Below, piece after piece: positions 7,859 to 17,594 of a stretch of DNA of 32,000 nucleotides (the first letter of the stretch is position 1; each line of letters begins with the position of its first letter). The notes under the pieces were generated by a model, which saw nothing but the letters and a program-made list of their open reading frames with translations, had not been told where the DNA came from and made no database searches. Origin of the DNA: Halorhodospira halophila SL1 (GTDB taxonomy: Bacteria > Pseudomonadota > Gammaproteobacteria > Nitrococcales > Halorhodospiraceae); contig NC_008789.1 of assembly GCF_000015585.1 (NCBI RefSeq), positions 270,001-302,000 on the forward strand, in the 5' to 3' direction. A program made the position numbers and the translations under genes.

Positions 7859-9124
7859 CTAGCGCTGCAGGCCTTCGAGGGGCTGCACCTGCACCGTCTC
7901 CCCCGGAGCCACGTCGCCGCGCTCGGCGTCGAGGACGATGAGGCAGTCGGCGTGGACCAGCGAGGTCAGCATCCCCGACCCCTGCGCCCCGGTGGAGCGC
8001 ACCTGCACGGTGCCGTCGGCCCCCGGCTCGAGGATGCCGCGCTGGAACTCCATGCGCCCCGGCCGCTTGCGCAGCCGCTCGGCGGCGATCACCGGCAGCT
8101 GGGCCGGCTGCAGGGTCCCGGCCTCGCCCATCAGCCGGCGCAGGGCCGGCTGGACCAGCTGGTAGAAGGTGGCCGCCGCCGAGACCGGATTGCCCGGCAG
8201 CCCGAAGAAGAGCGCCGGGCCGACGCGGCCGAAGGCCAGGGGCCGGCCCGGGCGCATGGCCACCCGCCAGAAGGCGATGTCGCCGGCGCACGCCAGGGCC
8301 TCCTTGACCGTGTCGGCCTCGCCGACGGAGACGCCACCGGTGGTGATCACCGCATCGGCGTAGCTGCCCGCCTCGCTGATGGCCGCCTTCAGGGCGCCCA
8401 GGTCGTCGCCGATCACCCCGCCGTCGACGGCGTCCACGCCCAGGCGGCGCAGTGCGGCGCCGATCAGGTGGCGGTTGCTGTCGTAGATCTGCCCCGGCCC
8501 CGGCGTCTGCCCGGGGCTGCAGAGCTCGTCGCCGGTGGAGAGGAAGGCGACCACCGGGCGCCGGTGGACGGTGACCTCCGGCCGCCCCAGGGAGCCGAGC
8601 ACGCCCACCTCCTGCGGGCGCAGCCGCCGTCCCGCAGCCAGGGCCACGCTGCCGGCGGCCAGGTCCTCGCCGGCGCGGCGGATGTTCTCGCCGGCCGCCA
8701 CCGGGCCGGGGATCCGCACCTGCCCGTCGTCGCCGTCCTCGACCCGCTCCTGCATCACCACGGCGTCGGCCCCCGGCGGGATCGGCGCCCCGGTCATGAT
8801 GCGCACGCACTCGCCGGCGGCCAGGGGATCCCGGCGCGCCGCGCCGGCGAGTACACGGTCAACCACCCGCAGGGTGCCCGGGCCGTTTTCCGGCAGATCC
8901 ACACTGCGCACCGCGTAGCCGTCCATGGCGGCGTTATCGGCGCCGGGCACATCCAGCGGGGCGTGGACGTTCTCGGCCAGCACCCGGCCCAGAGCGGCGG
9001 CCAGGGCCACCCGCTCCTGGCCGATCAGCGGCGCCACCTCATCGAGGATCCGCCGCCGCGCCTCGGCCACGGCCAGCCCCGGCCCGTCGTGCCCCGCTAC
9101 ACCCTGCGTCGCTTGCCGCGTCAT
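7859..9124 (-). CDS. moeA: Molybdopterin molybdotransferase
   Basis: Full-length MoeA/gephyrin-E pattern: DVPGADNAAMDGYAV, RIMTGAPIP, TTGGVSVGEADTVKEA and FGLPGNPVSAAATF. Confidence 0.92.
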   Translation of the reverse strand: MTRQATQGVAGHDGPGLAVAEARRRILDEVAPLIGQERVALAAALGRVLAENVHAPLDVPGADNAAMDGYAVRSVDLPENGPGTLRVVDRVLAGAARRDPLAAGECVRIMTGAPIPPGADAVVMQERVEDGDDGQVRIPGPVAAGENIRRAGEDLAAGSVALAAGRRLRPQEVGVLGSLGRPEVTVHRRPVVAFLSTGDELCSPGQTPGPGQIYDSNRHLIGAALRRLGVDAVDGGVIGDDLGALKAAISEAGSYADAVITTGGVSVGEADTVKEALACAGDIAFWRVAMRPGRPLAFGRVGPALFFGLPGNPVSAAATFYQLVQPALRRLMGEAGTLQPAQLPVIAAERLRKRPGRMEFQRGILEPGADGTVQVRSTGAQGSGMLTSLVHADCLIVLDAERGDVAPGETVQVQPLEGLQR

Positions 9125-9181
9125 ACCTGCATCTCCCTGTTCATGCCATGCCCGGTACCCTGTCCCCGGTGCGCCGCTCGC

Positions 9182-10215
9182 TCACGACGGCTCATCCTCC
9201 TCGCCGTCCAGCTCCGCCAGCTCCTCGACCACCTCCGAGGCGCGCTCCGGGTGGCGCACCCGGGCGACGTGGAACAGCGCGTCGCCCTCGTGGACCAGGG
9301 GCAGATTGGTGCGGCCGATGACGATGCCGTCGAAGGCCGCCAGGGCCTGGGTCTCGCCGTCGCCAAAGGGATCGGAGATCAGCCCCAGCTGCTCGCCGCG
9401 GCGCACCCGCTGGCCGAGCTGCACCGTCGTGCGCAGGATACCGCTGCTCTCGGTACGCACCCAGCGTGTATTCTCCACCTGGACCGGCCGGCGCGGCGGG
9501 TACTTGCGCTTGACCCGCGGGAGCATGCCCAGCTCACGCATCACGCCGGTGATCCCGCGCACCCCGAGGCGGATGCAGTCCTCGTCGAAGCGCAGCGCCT
9601 CGCCGGCCTCGTAGAGTAGCACCGGGATGCCGCGCTCGTCGGCGGCGTGGCGCAGCGAGCCGTCGCGCAGGTCGGAGTTGATGATCACCGGCGCCGAGAA
9701 GGCCCGCGCCAGCTCCAGGGTGCCGGGGTCGTCGAGGTTGGCGCGGATCTGCGGCAGGTTGGTGCGGTGGGCGGTGCCGGTGTGCAGGTCGATGGCGTGG
9801 GAGGCCCGCTCCAGCACCTGGCTCATGAACAGGTGAGCCAGCCGCGCCGCCAGCGAGCCGCCGGCGCTGCCCGGGAAGGAGCGGTTGAGGTCGCGGCGGT
9901 CCGGCAGGTAGCGGGTCTGCGCCAGCACCCCGAAGACGTTGACGATGGGCACCGCCAGCAGGGTGCCGCGCATCCGGCGCAGCTGCGGCAGCGCCAGCAC
10001 CCGGCGGATGATCTCGATGCCGTTGATCTCGTCGCCGTGGATGGCGGCGCTCAGGCACAGGGTGGGGCCGTCGCGGCGGCCGTGGACCACGTGCACCGGC
10101 ATGCCCACCGGGGTGTGGGTGTAGAGCTGCGCCACGTCGAGCTGCACGGTGCGCCGCTCCCCCGGGGGCACGGCCTGATCGCTGATCACGAAGGCACTGC
10201 GCCGCCGCCGGGCCA

Positions 10216-10216
<1 letters not shown>
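9182..10216 (-). CDS. Succinylglutamate desuccinylase/aspartoacylase (AstE/AspA) family zinc hydrolase, RimK-associated
   Basis: Zinc-ligand motif AIHGDEINGIE, then DLNRSFPG and DLHTG, typical of the M14-like AstE/AspA superfamily. Its ATG overlaps the rimK stop (TGATG). Confidence 0.8.
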
Positions 10217-11124
<908 letters not shown>

Positions 11125-11141
11125 ACAGTCTTCGGGTCTCC

Positions 11142-11606
11142 TCACGGGGTTGCGGTGTCACTGCGGGAACGGAGCGCGGCTCGCCCGGTCAGGTATGAGC
11201 CTTCGGGGTCGACCACGAACCGACCAGCCATGGCGGTGCGGCCGAGCAGCATACGAAAGCGCATGGTGTCCCGGTCGGTCAGGGTGAGCTCAGCCCGCCA
11301 GCGGATTCCACCGAGTTCGAGCAGGGTCGCAATCACCCAGCGCGACTCCCGGTGGCCACCGGAGTCCGCCACTACGCGGCGGTCCGTCGCCGGCGCCTCG
11401 CACCAGAGCTCCGGCTCGGTGGTGCCCTGACGAGGGTGGAGGCCGAAGCGCACCCAGGTCTGCCCGCCGCGCTCGAACGGCTCGATGGCGAAGGTGTGCA
11501 GGGCCGAGGTCCGCGCCCCGGTGTCCACCTTGGCCTTGAGGCGGCGGATATCGAGTTCCGGCAGCGCCACCCACTCGCGCCAGCCGATGCGTTGCCGCTC
11601 AGTCAC
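11142..11606 (-). CDS. Retropepsin-like 'ATP-dependent zinc protease' family protein (DUF785/PF05618-type), RimK partner
   Basis: 154 aa with [12 protein letters not shown] (a D-T-G-A aspartic-protease-like motif) and a second half [14 protein letters not shown] start overlaps the upstream gene's stop by 8 nt (GTGACTGA). Confidence 0.8.
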   Translation of the reverse strand: MTERQRIGWREWVALPELDIRRLKAKVDTGARTSALHTFAIEPFERGGQTWVRFGLHPRQGTTEPELWCEAPATDRRVVADSGGHRESRWVIATLLELGGIRWRAELTLTDRDTMRFRMLLGRTAMAGRFVVDPEGSYLTGRAALRSRSDTATP

Positions 11607-12396
11607 GGGCAGACTCCTTGCCAGGCGGCCGCGGGGGGCCGGGGATGACGGCGTTGCGCCCGGCGGCGTAGGCGGCGTAGCCCGGGCGGTGTTTCCGCAG
11701 GTGCGCCTCGAGCAGCGGCACGCCGGAGACCCGCAGCAGCAGAGCGGTCATCAGCAGCGGGGCGAAGACCGTCCACCAGCCGCCGGCCGCCGCGGCCAGG
11801 CCCCACAGCCCCCAGGCCACCAGGATCTCGCCAAAGTAGTTGGGGTGGCGGCTGTAGCGCCACAGCCCGCGATCGCAGACCTCGCCGGCGTTGCGCGCAG
11901 TGGCCCGGAAGCGCGCCAGCTGCCAGTCGGCCACCGCCTCGTAGAGCCATCCGAACAGGAAGAGCGCGGCCGCCGCCAGGGCCACCGGCCCGGTCCAGGT
12001 CTGGGCGTCGCCCCGGGCGATGGCGTGGAGCACCGGCGCCGCCGCCAGCCACAGGACCACCGCCTGGAGCCAGAACACGGTCACCAGGCTGCGCCGCGCC
12101 CAACCGGGGCCACCGGCTCGGCGCAGGGCGGCGTAGCGGGCATCTTCGCCGGCGCCCCAGCTGCGCCAGGTCAGGTAGCCGCTGAGCCGGCCACCCCACA
12201 GCGCCACCAGGGCCACAATCCACCAGCCGTGCGCGGGGAGCCCGGCCAGCGCCTGGTAGAGCAGCGCCAGCAGGACGAAGCCGGCGCCCCAGTAGCGATC
12301 CACCAGGCTGGCATCGCCGGTGCGCAGGCTGTACGCCCAGACGGCGGTCATCAGCAGCAGCACAGCGCCCAGGCCGGCGATGGCACTGACGAGCAT
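11599..12396 (-). CDS. DUF1295 / steroid 5-alpha-reductase-like integral membrane protein
   Basis: 265 aa from MLVSAIAG..., multi-TM, with the conserved C-terminal block [20 protein letters not shown] typical of DUF1295/ICMT-clan membrane enzymes. The ORF-track N-terminal extension to 12621 has no support. Confidence 0.75.
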   Translation of the reverse strand: MLVSAIAGLGAVLLLMTAVWAYSLRTGDASLVDRYWGAGFVLLALLYQALAGLPAHGWWIVALVALWGGRLSGYLTWRSWGAGEDARYAALRRAGGPGWARRSLVTVFWLQAVVLWLAAAPVLHAIARGDAQTWTGPVALAAAALFLFGWLYEAVADWQLARFRATARNAGEVCDRGLWRYSRHPNYFGEILVAWGLWGLAAAAGGWWTVFAPLLMTALLLRVSGVPLLEAHLRKHRPGYAAYAAGRNAVIPGPPRPPGKESARD

Positions 12397-12549
12397 CGGC
12401 ACCCCCGCGATCGAAGTTGAGTACCTGCGTAACGTAACTGCAAACGCTGGCGCCGCCAATGACAGCGGCGGTACCCTGTGGCGTTCCCCAGCGCACGGCC
12501 CGGGCTGCCCCGTGGCCGCCGCTTCATCTGCCAGGAGGATCATCGACCC

Positions 12550-13068
12550 ATGCGCATGCTGATCTCCGCCCTGATGATGTTTCTCATCATCATGATCGTG
12601 CTGGCCTTCGCCCGCGATCACCTGCGCCCGGCCGAGGAGGCGGATCTGCGCCTGACCGAACTCACCGCCGAGACCCCGCGGGATGAGCTGGAGGACCGGC
12701 TAGCGAAGGTGGAGTTCGACTGCACCGATGACGAGACCGGCCTGGAGACCGGCGAACGGGTCTGCTTCGCCCCGATCAGCCGCGCCGACGAGTACCACGC
12801 CAACTACCTGGCGCTGTTCTTCGACAGCGACAACGCCCTGGCCGCGGTGAACATCGTCCTCGACCCGGGCGAACACGAGGCCAACCACGAACGCCTGCGC
12901 GAGGCCCTCGGCGACCCCACGCGGCGGATCGAGGACGCCTTCACCTGGCTGGTCTGGGAGCGGGACGAGCACCTGATCCTGACCCAGGAAGAGCCGCCGG
13001 AGGACGACGCCCCCACCCTGATGTGGTTCCGCGACGCCGAGCTGATGGAGCGGCTGCTGCCGCGCTAG
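12550..13068 (+). CDS. Hypothetical membrane-anchored acidic protein
   Basis: AGGAGG at 12533-12538 precedes ATG 12550. N-terminal TM helix MRMLISALMMFLIIMIVLAF, then an Asp/Glu-rich domain of about 150 aa with two Cys. No family recognised. TAG stop shared with the convergent gene. Confidence 0.5.
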   Translation: MRMLISALMMFLIIMIVLAFARDHLRPAEEADLRLTELTAETPRDELEDRLAKVEFDCTDDETGLETGERVCFAPISRADEYHANYLALFFDSDNALAAVNIVLDPGEHEANHERLREALGDPTRRIEDAFTWLVWERDEHLILTQEEPPEDDAPTLMWFRDAELMERLLPR

Positions 13069-14405
13069 ATCGGCGTATCGGCCAGCACCAGGCGCTCGCC
13101 CCAAGGCGGCTCGGCGTCGGCCCAGGCCGGCGGCACCACCCACAGCAGCGGCCATGGCGGCCGGAAGCGGCACGGCCCCTGGAGATCGGTGAGCACCACC
13201 GCCTGATCCGGGGTGTGGCGGTCGGCCGCCTCGAGCAGCGGGGTGAAGTCCGTCCCGCCGCCCCCTTGGAACTGGAGTTCCGCCAGCGGCGAGGCCCCCG
13301 GCGCCAGGTGCACCACCCGGCGCACCCGATCATCGCCGACGATAACCACCAGCTGCGCCTCGCTGCGCCGCGTGATGGCGGCCAGCTCACCGGCGAAGCG
13401 CGCCAGCAGCCCGTCATCAATGGAGCCCGAGGCGTCCACCACCAGCGCCAGGCGGGGCACCCGGCGGGCGGTGACGATGCCCGGCTCCCACGGCATGCGC
13501 CGGCCGCCGGCGGTGCGCCCCCGATTGGCCAGCCACGACCGCGCCGGGCGCGACCAGGAACGCTCCGGCAGGCGCGCCAGCCCGCGGGCCAGGCGGGTGC
13601 GCAGGATATGCTCCCAGGGCGTGCGCGGCGTGGGCCGATCGGCCAGCAGCCCGCGCAGCATGGAGAAGGCGCCGTCGTCGGCGTGGGCGCGCACCAGGCG
13701 CTCCGACCAAGCGCGGGCCTCCTCCACCGCCACTTCCGGGGGCTCGCCGGCGGCCGGCATCAGGTCCGCCTCGGTGCCGGCGGCCAGCTGGCGCAGCCGC
13801 GCCGCCCGCGGCCCATCGGTCCGACCGGTGGCGGCGTGGCGCCGCCCCGAGGCCTCGCCACCACCGCCCTGCCCGGCCCGGCCGCGGCTGTCACTGCTGC
13901 CGCCGCGCCGGTCGTCCACGGCCCGGTAGAGGCGCTCCACATCCCACTCCAGCAGGGCCCGCTCCGGGGCGGCCGCGGCGTCCGGCAGCACCTCGCGGAG
14001 CACCCGCTCCAGGGTCACCGCCCCGGCCGGGAGGGCCAGCCAGTCCAGGTGGCCGAGGGTGGTGTTCACCAGGGCGTCGGCGCAGTGGTTGAACAATTCC
14101 GGGTCCACATCGCCGAGCACGCCGGCCAGGGCCTCCCGGCGCTGGGCGTGGCGCAGGGCCACGTGGAGGACCTGGTGGGCCACCCAGCCCACCTGCTCGG
14201 GCCGCGGCAACTCGGCGAAGGCCGGCGCGTAGTAGAGGGTGCGGCCGTCGTTGGCCACGGGGCCCTCGAGGACACCGTCGGCCACATCCCGGTGGTGCGC
14301 CCACAGGGCCAGTCCGCCGGTCCCCGGCGCCTGCTCGACCATGACGCGGATCGCCGGCGTCCCCCGGTGGGTGTAGGGCTCGGCCGGGTCGGGCTCAGTC
14401 GCCAT
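13065..14405 (-). CDS. Metallopeptidase-like (DUF2201_N-type) plus C-terminal vWA domain protein
   Basis: The N-terminal region carries the HxxxH-type helix WVAHQVLHVALRH (HQVLH where the family, as I recall it, has HExxH). The C-terminal vWA has the MIDAS motif LVVDASGSI. The start overlaps the AAA+ gene stop by 11 nt. Confidence 0.8.
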   Translation of the reverse strand: MATEPDPAEPYTHRGTPAIRVMVEQAPGTGGLALWAHHRDVADGVLEGPVANDGRTLYYAPAFAELPRPEQVGWVAHQVLHVALRHAQRREALAGVLGDVDPELFNHCADALVNTTLGHLDWLALPAGAVTLERVLREVLPDAAAAPERALLEWDVERLYRAVDDRRGGSSDSRGRAGQGGGGEASGRRHAATGRTDGPRAARLRQLAAGTEADLMPAAGEPPEVAVEEARAWSERLVRAHADDGAFSMLRGLLADRPTPRTPWEHILRTRLARGLARLPERSWSRPARSWLANRGRTAGGRRMPWEPGIVTARRVPRLALVVDASGSIDDGLLARFAGELAAITRRSEAQLVVIVGDDRVRRVVHLAPGASPLAELQFQGGGGTDFTPLLEAADRHTPDQAVVLTDLQGPCRFRPPWPLLWVVPPAWADAEPPWGERLVLADTPI

Positions 14406-15498
14406 CGCCGGCCCGCTCGGCCAGGTAGCGCTGGTAGACGGGACTGCCGAGGATCGCCGACTCCAGCCCGCGGGCCAGGCCGCGCTGGAACAGCAGTTCC
14501 ATGGTCAGGGTCTGGGCCTCGCGCGCCGGCAGCGGGGTGCGCCCGCGCATCTCGGGGAACTGCTCCACGATCTCTAGGGCCCGTGTCAGGGTCGCGGCGT
14601 CGTCCACGGCGGCCACCAGGCCGTAGATCATGCCGTAGAGCCCATCCAGGCTCTCGGGCAGCAGCGCCGCCGTCTCCGGCCCCGGGCGGGCGGCCAGCAG
14701 CCGGGTCACGTCGGTCGCCGCCTGCAGCTCGTCGAGCACCCCGAAGAACTCGGCGGCGTTGGCCGCGCCGATGCGCCCCTGCACGAACAGCCGCCGCGCG
14801 GCGTCGCCCAGATCGGCCCGCAGCACCGCCGAGACATCCTCCCAGCCCCGCGGGCTGGCGCCCACCAGGTGGTCGTTGGCCAGCTGCGTGGCGGTATCGT
14901 CCAGCCGGTCGGCGCGCACCCGCAGAAAGGCCATCACCTCGGGGGCCAGCTCGCGCTCGGCGGCGTAGCTCAGGAAGGCCTCCAGGGCCGTCTGGACGTT
15001 GAAGTGGAACATGCGATCGGCCAGCGCCGTGCCCATGTCGTGGCTCACCGCCCCCTGGAAGCGGGCGTTGCCCGCCGCCACCACCTGCCAGCCGTCGGGC
15101 AGGTGGTACTGCCCCACCTTGCGGTCGAGGATCAGCGAGTAGGCGGAGATCTGCAGGCGCTGATCGGCGGCGGTCAGCTCGTCGAGGAAGAGGATGCCCT
15201 CAGGCCGATCCGCCCCGGGCAGGAACTCCGGCGGGAACCAGACCGTCCGCTGCTGCTGCTCGTCGGCGTAGATCGCGCCGCGGATATCCACCGGCTCGAT
15301 GGTGGTCAGGCGCAGATCCACCAGCGGCACACCGAAGTGGGCCGCCACCTGGGCGACCACCGACGACTTGCCCACCCCGCGGGTCCCCCAGAGCATGGTG
15401 GCCCGCCGGCGCAACACCGGATCGGCGTACTGCTCGATCAGCGCCTGCTTGGCGGCGGCCACCGAGACCGCCGGGATGTTCATCGGATCAGCCGCCAT
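14395..15498 (-). CDS. MoxR-class (AAA_5) AAA+ ATPase
   Basis: Walker A GTRGVGKSS, Walker B GILFLDELTAA, sensor region VVAAGNA, and arginine-finger region ALADRM. A C-terminal helical extension of about 150 aa. I prefer ATG 15498 (MAADPMNIP), preceded by AGGGAGGGG; the ORF-track start at 15591 lies inside the upstream gene. Confidence 0.85.
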   Translation of the reverse strand: MAADPMNIPAVSVAAAKQALIEQYADPVLRRRATMLWGTRGVGKSSVVAQVAAHFGVPLVDLRLTTIEPVDIRGAIYADEQQQRTVWFPPEFLPGADRPEGILFLDELTAADQRLQISAYSLILDRKVGQYHLPDGWQVVAAGNARFQGAVSHDMGTALADRMFHFNVQTALEAFLSYAAERELAPEVMAFLRVRADRLDDTATQLANDHLVGASPRGWEDVSAVLRADLGDAARRLFVQGRIGAANAAEFFGVLDELQAATDVTRLLAARPGPETAALLPESLDGLYGMIYGLVAAVDDAATLTRALEIVEQFPEMRGRTPLPAREAQTLTMELLFQRGLARGLESAILGSPVYQRYLAERAGDGD

Positions 15499-16489
15499 CG
15501 GCCCCTCCCTGCCAGGTGGTTGCGTGCAGTGGCCGGGGCAGCGGCGGCCAGTCCACCAGCGGGACCTCGGTGCCGGAGAAGAGCAGCGCACCGATGGCCA
15601 GCAGTGGCGGCACCCCGTGGAGCCACGGCGGCATCTCGCCCTCCTGCAGCACCACGCCGAACAGCGGCACCGCGGCGAGGACCAGGAAGAAGACGGTCAT
15701 CGGCAGCAGCCGCCGACCCACCGCGGCCCAGCGCTGCCGCCGGTAGCGCCGGTGGTAACCGCTCGGCGGCGCGGCGAAGACCGCCGCCAGATGGGCGACG
15801 AGCTGCTGCGTCCGGGCCTCCACGTCGTCCCGGCGCCGGGGCTCGTGGCGGCGCAGCGCCAGGGTGCTGCGCCACGCCCCCTGCCGCCAGACCAGCGGCC
15901 GCCAGCCCCAGCCGAGCACCGCGAGCAGGTCCTCGGGCAGCGGGGGCTCACCGTCAGCGTGGGGGGTGATCGCGATCTGCCCCGGCAGCCCCGCCCCCGG
16001 AGTGGCGTCCAGCGTCACCCGCCGCCCGGCGACCTGGGCCTCGGCGGCCACCGCCCGCCACAGCGGCTCCCCGCCACCGGCGGCGCCGGCCGCCGAGCGG
16101 TAGCTGCGGCCGATGCAGACCCCGGCGGCCCCCACGAACAGCCGCGGGCGCACCTCCGCCGCCTGATAGCGGGCGAGCAGATCAGCGGGGCGGTCGCCGT
16201 CGATGCGCAGCCCGGCCCGGGTGCCGTCGGCGGCGGTGTAGGTGGCGCTCAGCCGGTAGCGGCCGGGCTCTGGCTCAGACAGGGCCAGGTGCTCGGTGAC
16301 CGGCCCCGGGGCGGCGTCCAGCCCTGCGTGGCTGACCGGCTCGAAGGCGATCAGCCGCCGCGCCCGATCGCAGGCCGCCAGATCCACGGTCCAGCCGGCG
16401 GCGCTGAACGGCGCCACCCGGGCGAGGATCTGGTGGTGGGAAAGCGGCTGGACCAAGGCGGTCGCCCCCTGCGTGGGCTGCTCCGCCAC
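15488..16489 (-). CDS. Hypothetical membrane-anchored protein, first gene of the MoxR/vWA module
   Basis: 333-aa ORF with strong G/C third-position bias. A soluble N-terminal region of about 230 aa, an Arg-rich segment HRRYRRQRWAAVGRR, then two hydrophobic helices (LLPMTVFFLVLAAVPLFGVVL and VPPLLAIGALLFSG). No family recognised. The GTG start at 16489 lacks an SD, so the true start may be up to about 36 nt downstream. Confidence 0.6.
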   Translation of the reverse strand: MAEQPTQGATALVQPLSHHQILARVAPFSAAGWTVDLAACDRARRLIAFEPVSHAGLDAAPGPVTEHLALSEPEPGRYRLSATYTAADGTRAGLRIDGDRPADLLARYQAAEVRPRLFVGAAGVCIGRSYRSAAGAAGGGEPLWRAVAAEAQVAGRRVTLDATPGAGLPGQIAITPHADGEPPLPEDLLAVLGWGWRPLVWRQGAWRSTLALRRHEPRRRDDVEARTQQLVAHLAAVFAAPPSGYHRRYRRQRWAAVGRRLLPMTVFFLVLAAVPLFGVVLQEGEMPPWLHGVPPLLAIGALLFSGTEVPLVDWPPLPRPLHATTWQGGADGG

Positions 16490-16553
16490 TCAGGTTACGC
16501 CGCCCCGGCCGGGCAATGAAGCCACTCGCTGCCGGGGTATACCGCCCGCTACC

Positions 16554-17516
16554 CTACTCCGGGCGCAGCAGCCGGCCGCTGAGCAGCTTGACCAGGGTGG
16601 CGACGAAGACCACGGCGATCACCAGCGTGGTCAGCACCACCAACAGCATCACGCCCCGGCCCCCGCCGGTCTCATAGGCCTGGACGAAGTGCTGACTGGC
16701 CAGGCAGAAGGCGGCCAGCGGGAAGGTGTAGGCCCACCAGGAGGGGAAGTACGGCAGGCGCACCAGCCGCGGCACCTGGATGAGCAGCAGCAGGAAGGTG
16801 AACAGCGCCTTGTAGTAGAGCAGCCGGCCGACGATTCCCGGGTCGCCGCCGTCGAGCAGGGCCACCCAGGCCAGGTAGCCCGCCGCCGGCGGGGCCAGCA
16901 GCACGAACAGCGTCGGCAGCAGGAACGCCGGCAGGTTGGGCGCGAAGATCAGCCGGTAGTAGACCAGCGTCATCAGGATCAGCCAGAAGAACAGCCCGAC
17001 GCTGAAGAAGAACCAGGCCACCTCCATGTAGCCCGCCTGCGCCGCCGGGATGGGCACCAGGATGTTGCCTACCGCGGGGATGAACCAGACCGGGTTGAGG
17101 GTGCCGAGCTCCAGCTGCCGGTGCATCCAGCTGGTGACGATGGCCAGCATCAGGACCAGGTGCAGCAGCGCCCCGCTACCCCACAGGGCCGTGGAAAGCG
17201 GCTCCGAATCGGTAACAATCCCCAGCAGGATCAGCGAGATGGAGATCGCCGGCAGGAAGTTGAGGCGCACCGGGTGGGCGATCTCGCCCCACGCCGCCGC
17301 CGGGTGCAGCGCCGCCTTGAGGGCGTAGCCGCCAGCCATGGCGAGGAAGCTGAGCACCGCCAGCACCGCCACGCCCTCGCCGACCACCGCCGGCCAGCCC
17401 CAAGAGGCGTGGCTCTCGTTCCAGACCATGGCCAGGCCGGCCAGACCCATGGTAGCGGCGAACAGGGGCAGCGGCAGGTGGGCCAGACTGACCCGTGCGT
17501 TCTCGTCCTGACTCAT
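16554..17516 (-). CDS. TehA/Mae1/SLAC1-family anion channel or dicarboxylate/tellurite-resistance transporter
   Basis: 320 aa from MSQDENARVSLAHLPLPLFAATMGLAGL..., with about 10 TM helices in the TDT-family pattern. AAGGAG SD precedes ATG 17516. Confidence 0.8.
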   Translation of the reverse strand: MSQDENARVSLAHLPLPLFAATMGLAGLAMVWNESHASWGWPAVVGEGVAVLAVLSFLAMAGGYALKAALHPAAAWGEIAHPVRLNFLPAISISLILLGIVTDSEPLSTALWGSGALLHLVLMLAIVTSWMHRQLELGTLNPVWFIPAVGNILVPIPAAQAGYMEVAWFFFSVGLFFWLILMTLVYYRLIFAPNLPAFLLPTLFVLLAPPAAGYLAWVALLDGGDPGIVGRLLYYKALFTFLLLLIQVPRLVRLPYFPSWWAYTFPLAAFCLASQHFVQAYETGGGRGVMLLVVLTTLVIAVVFVATLVKLLSGRLLRPE

Positions 17517-17594
17517 GCGTGGCTCCTTTGTGGATCGTTCAGCTCGGGCCATCCCGCGATGGCCGACACACATTACGGATCGGGCATGTCTTTG

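Noticed and set aside
9125-9181. A possible molybdenum-cofactor riboswitch upstream of moeA.
   Set aside because: The gap is only 57 nt, far shorter than a Moco riboswitch aptamer, and I see none of its conserved stems. moeA is more likely read through from the RimK-module genes.
13065-15498. Assignment of the AAA+/vWA pair to a known system: NorQ/NorD, CbbQ/CbbO, CoxD/CoxE, CobS/CobT, GvpN or RavA/ViaA.
   Set aside because: No nor, RuBisCO, CO-dehydrogenase, cobN or gas-vesicle genes are nearby. The vWA partner has the N-terminal peptidase-like DUF2201_N architecture rather than the NorD/CbbO/CobT layouts. I left it as an uncharacterised MoxR-vWA module.
16504-16538. A hairpin CCCCGGC...GCCGGGG between the tehA-like stop and the orphan membrane gene, considered as a terminator separating the two.
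   Set aside because: It has only a 7-bp stem, a loop of about 20 nt and no U tract on the transcribed strand. That is not convincing as an intrinsic terminator.
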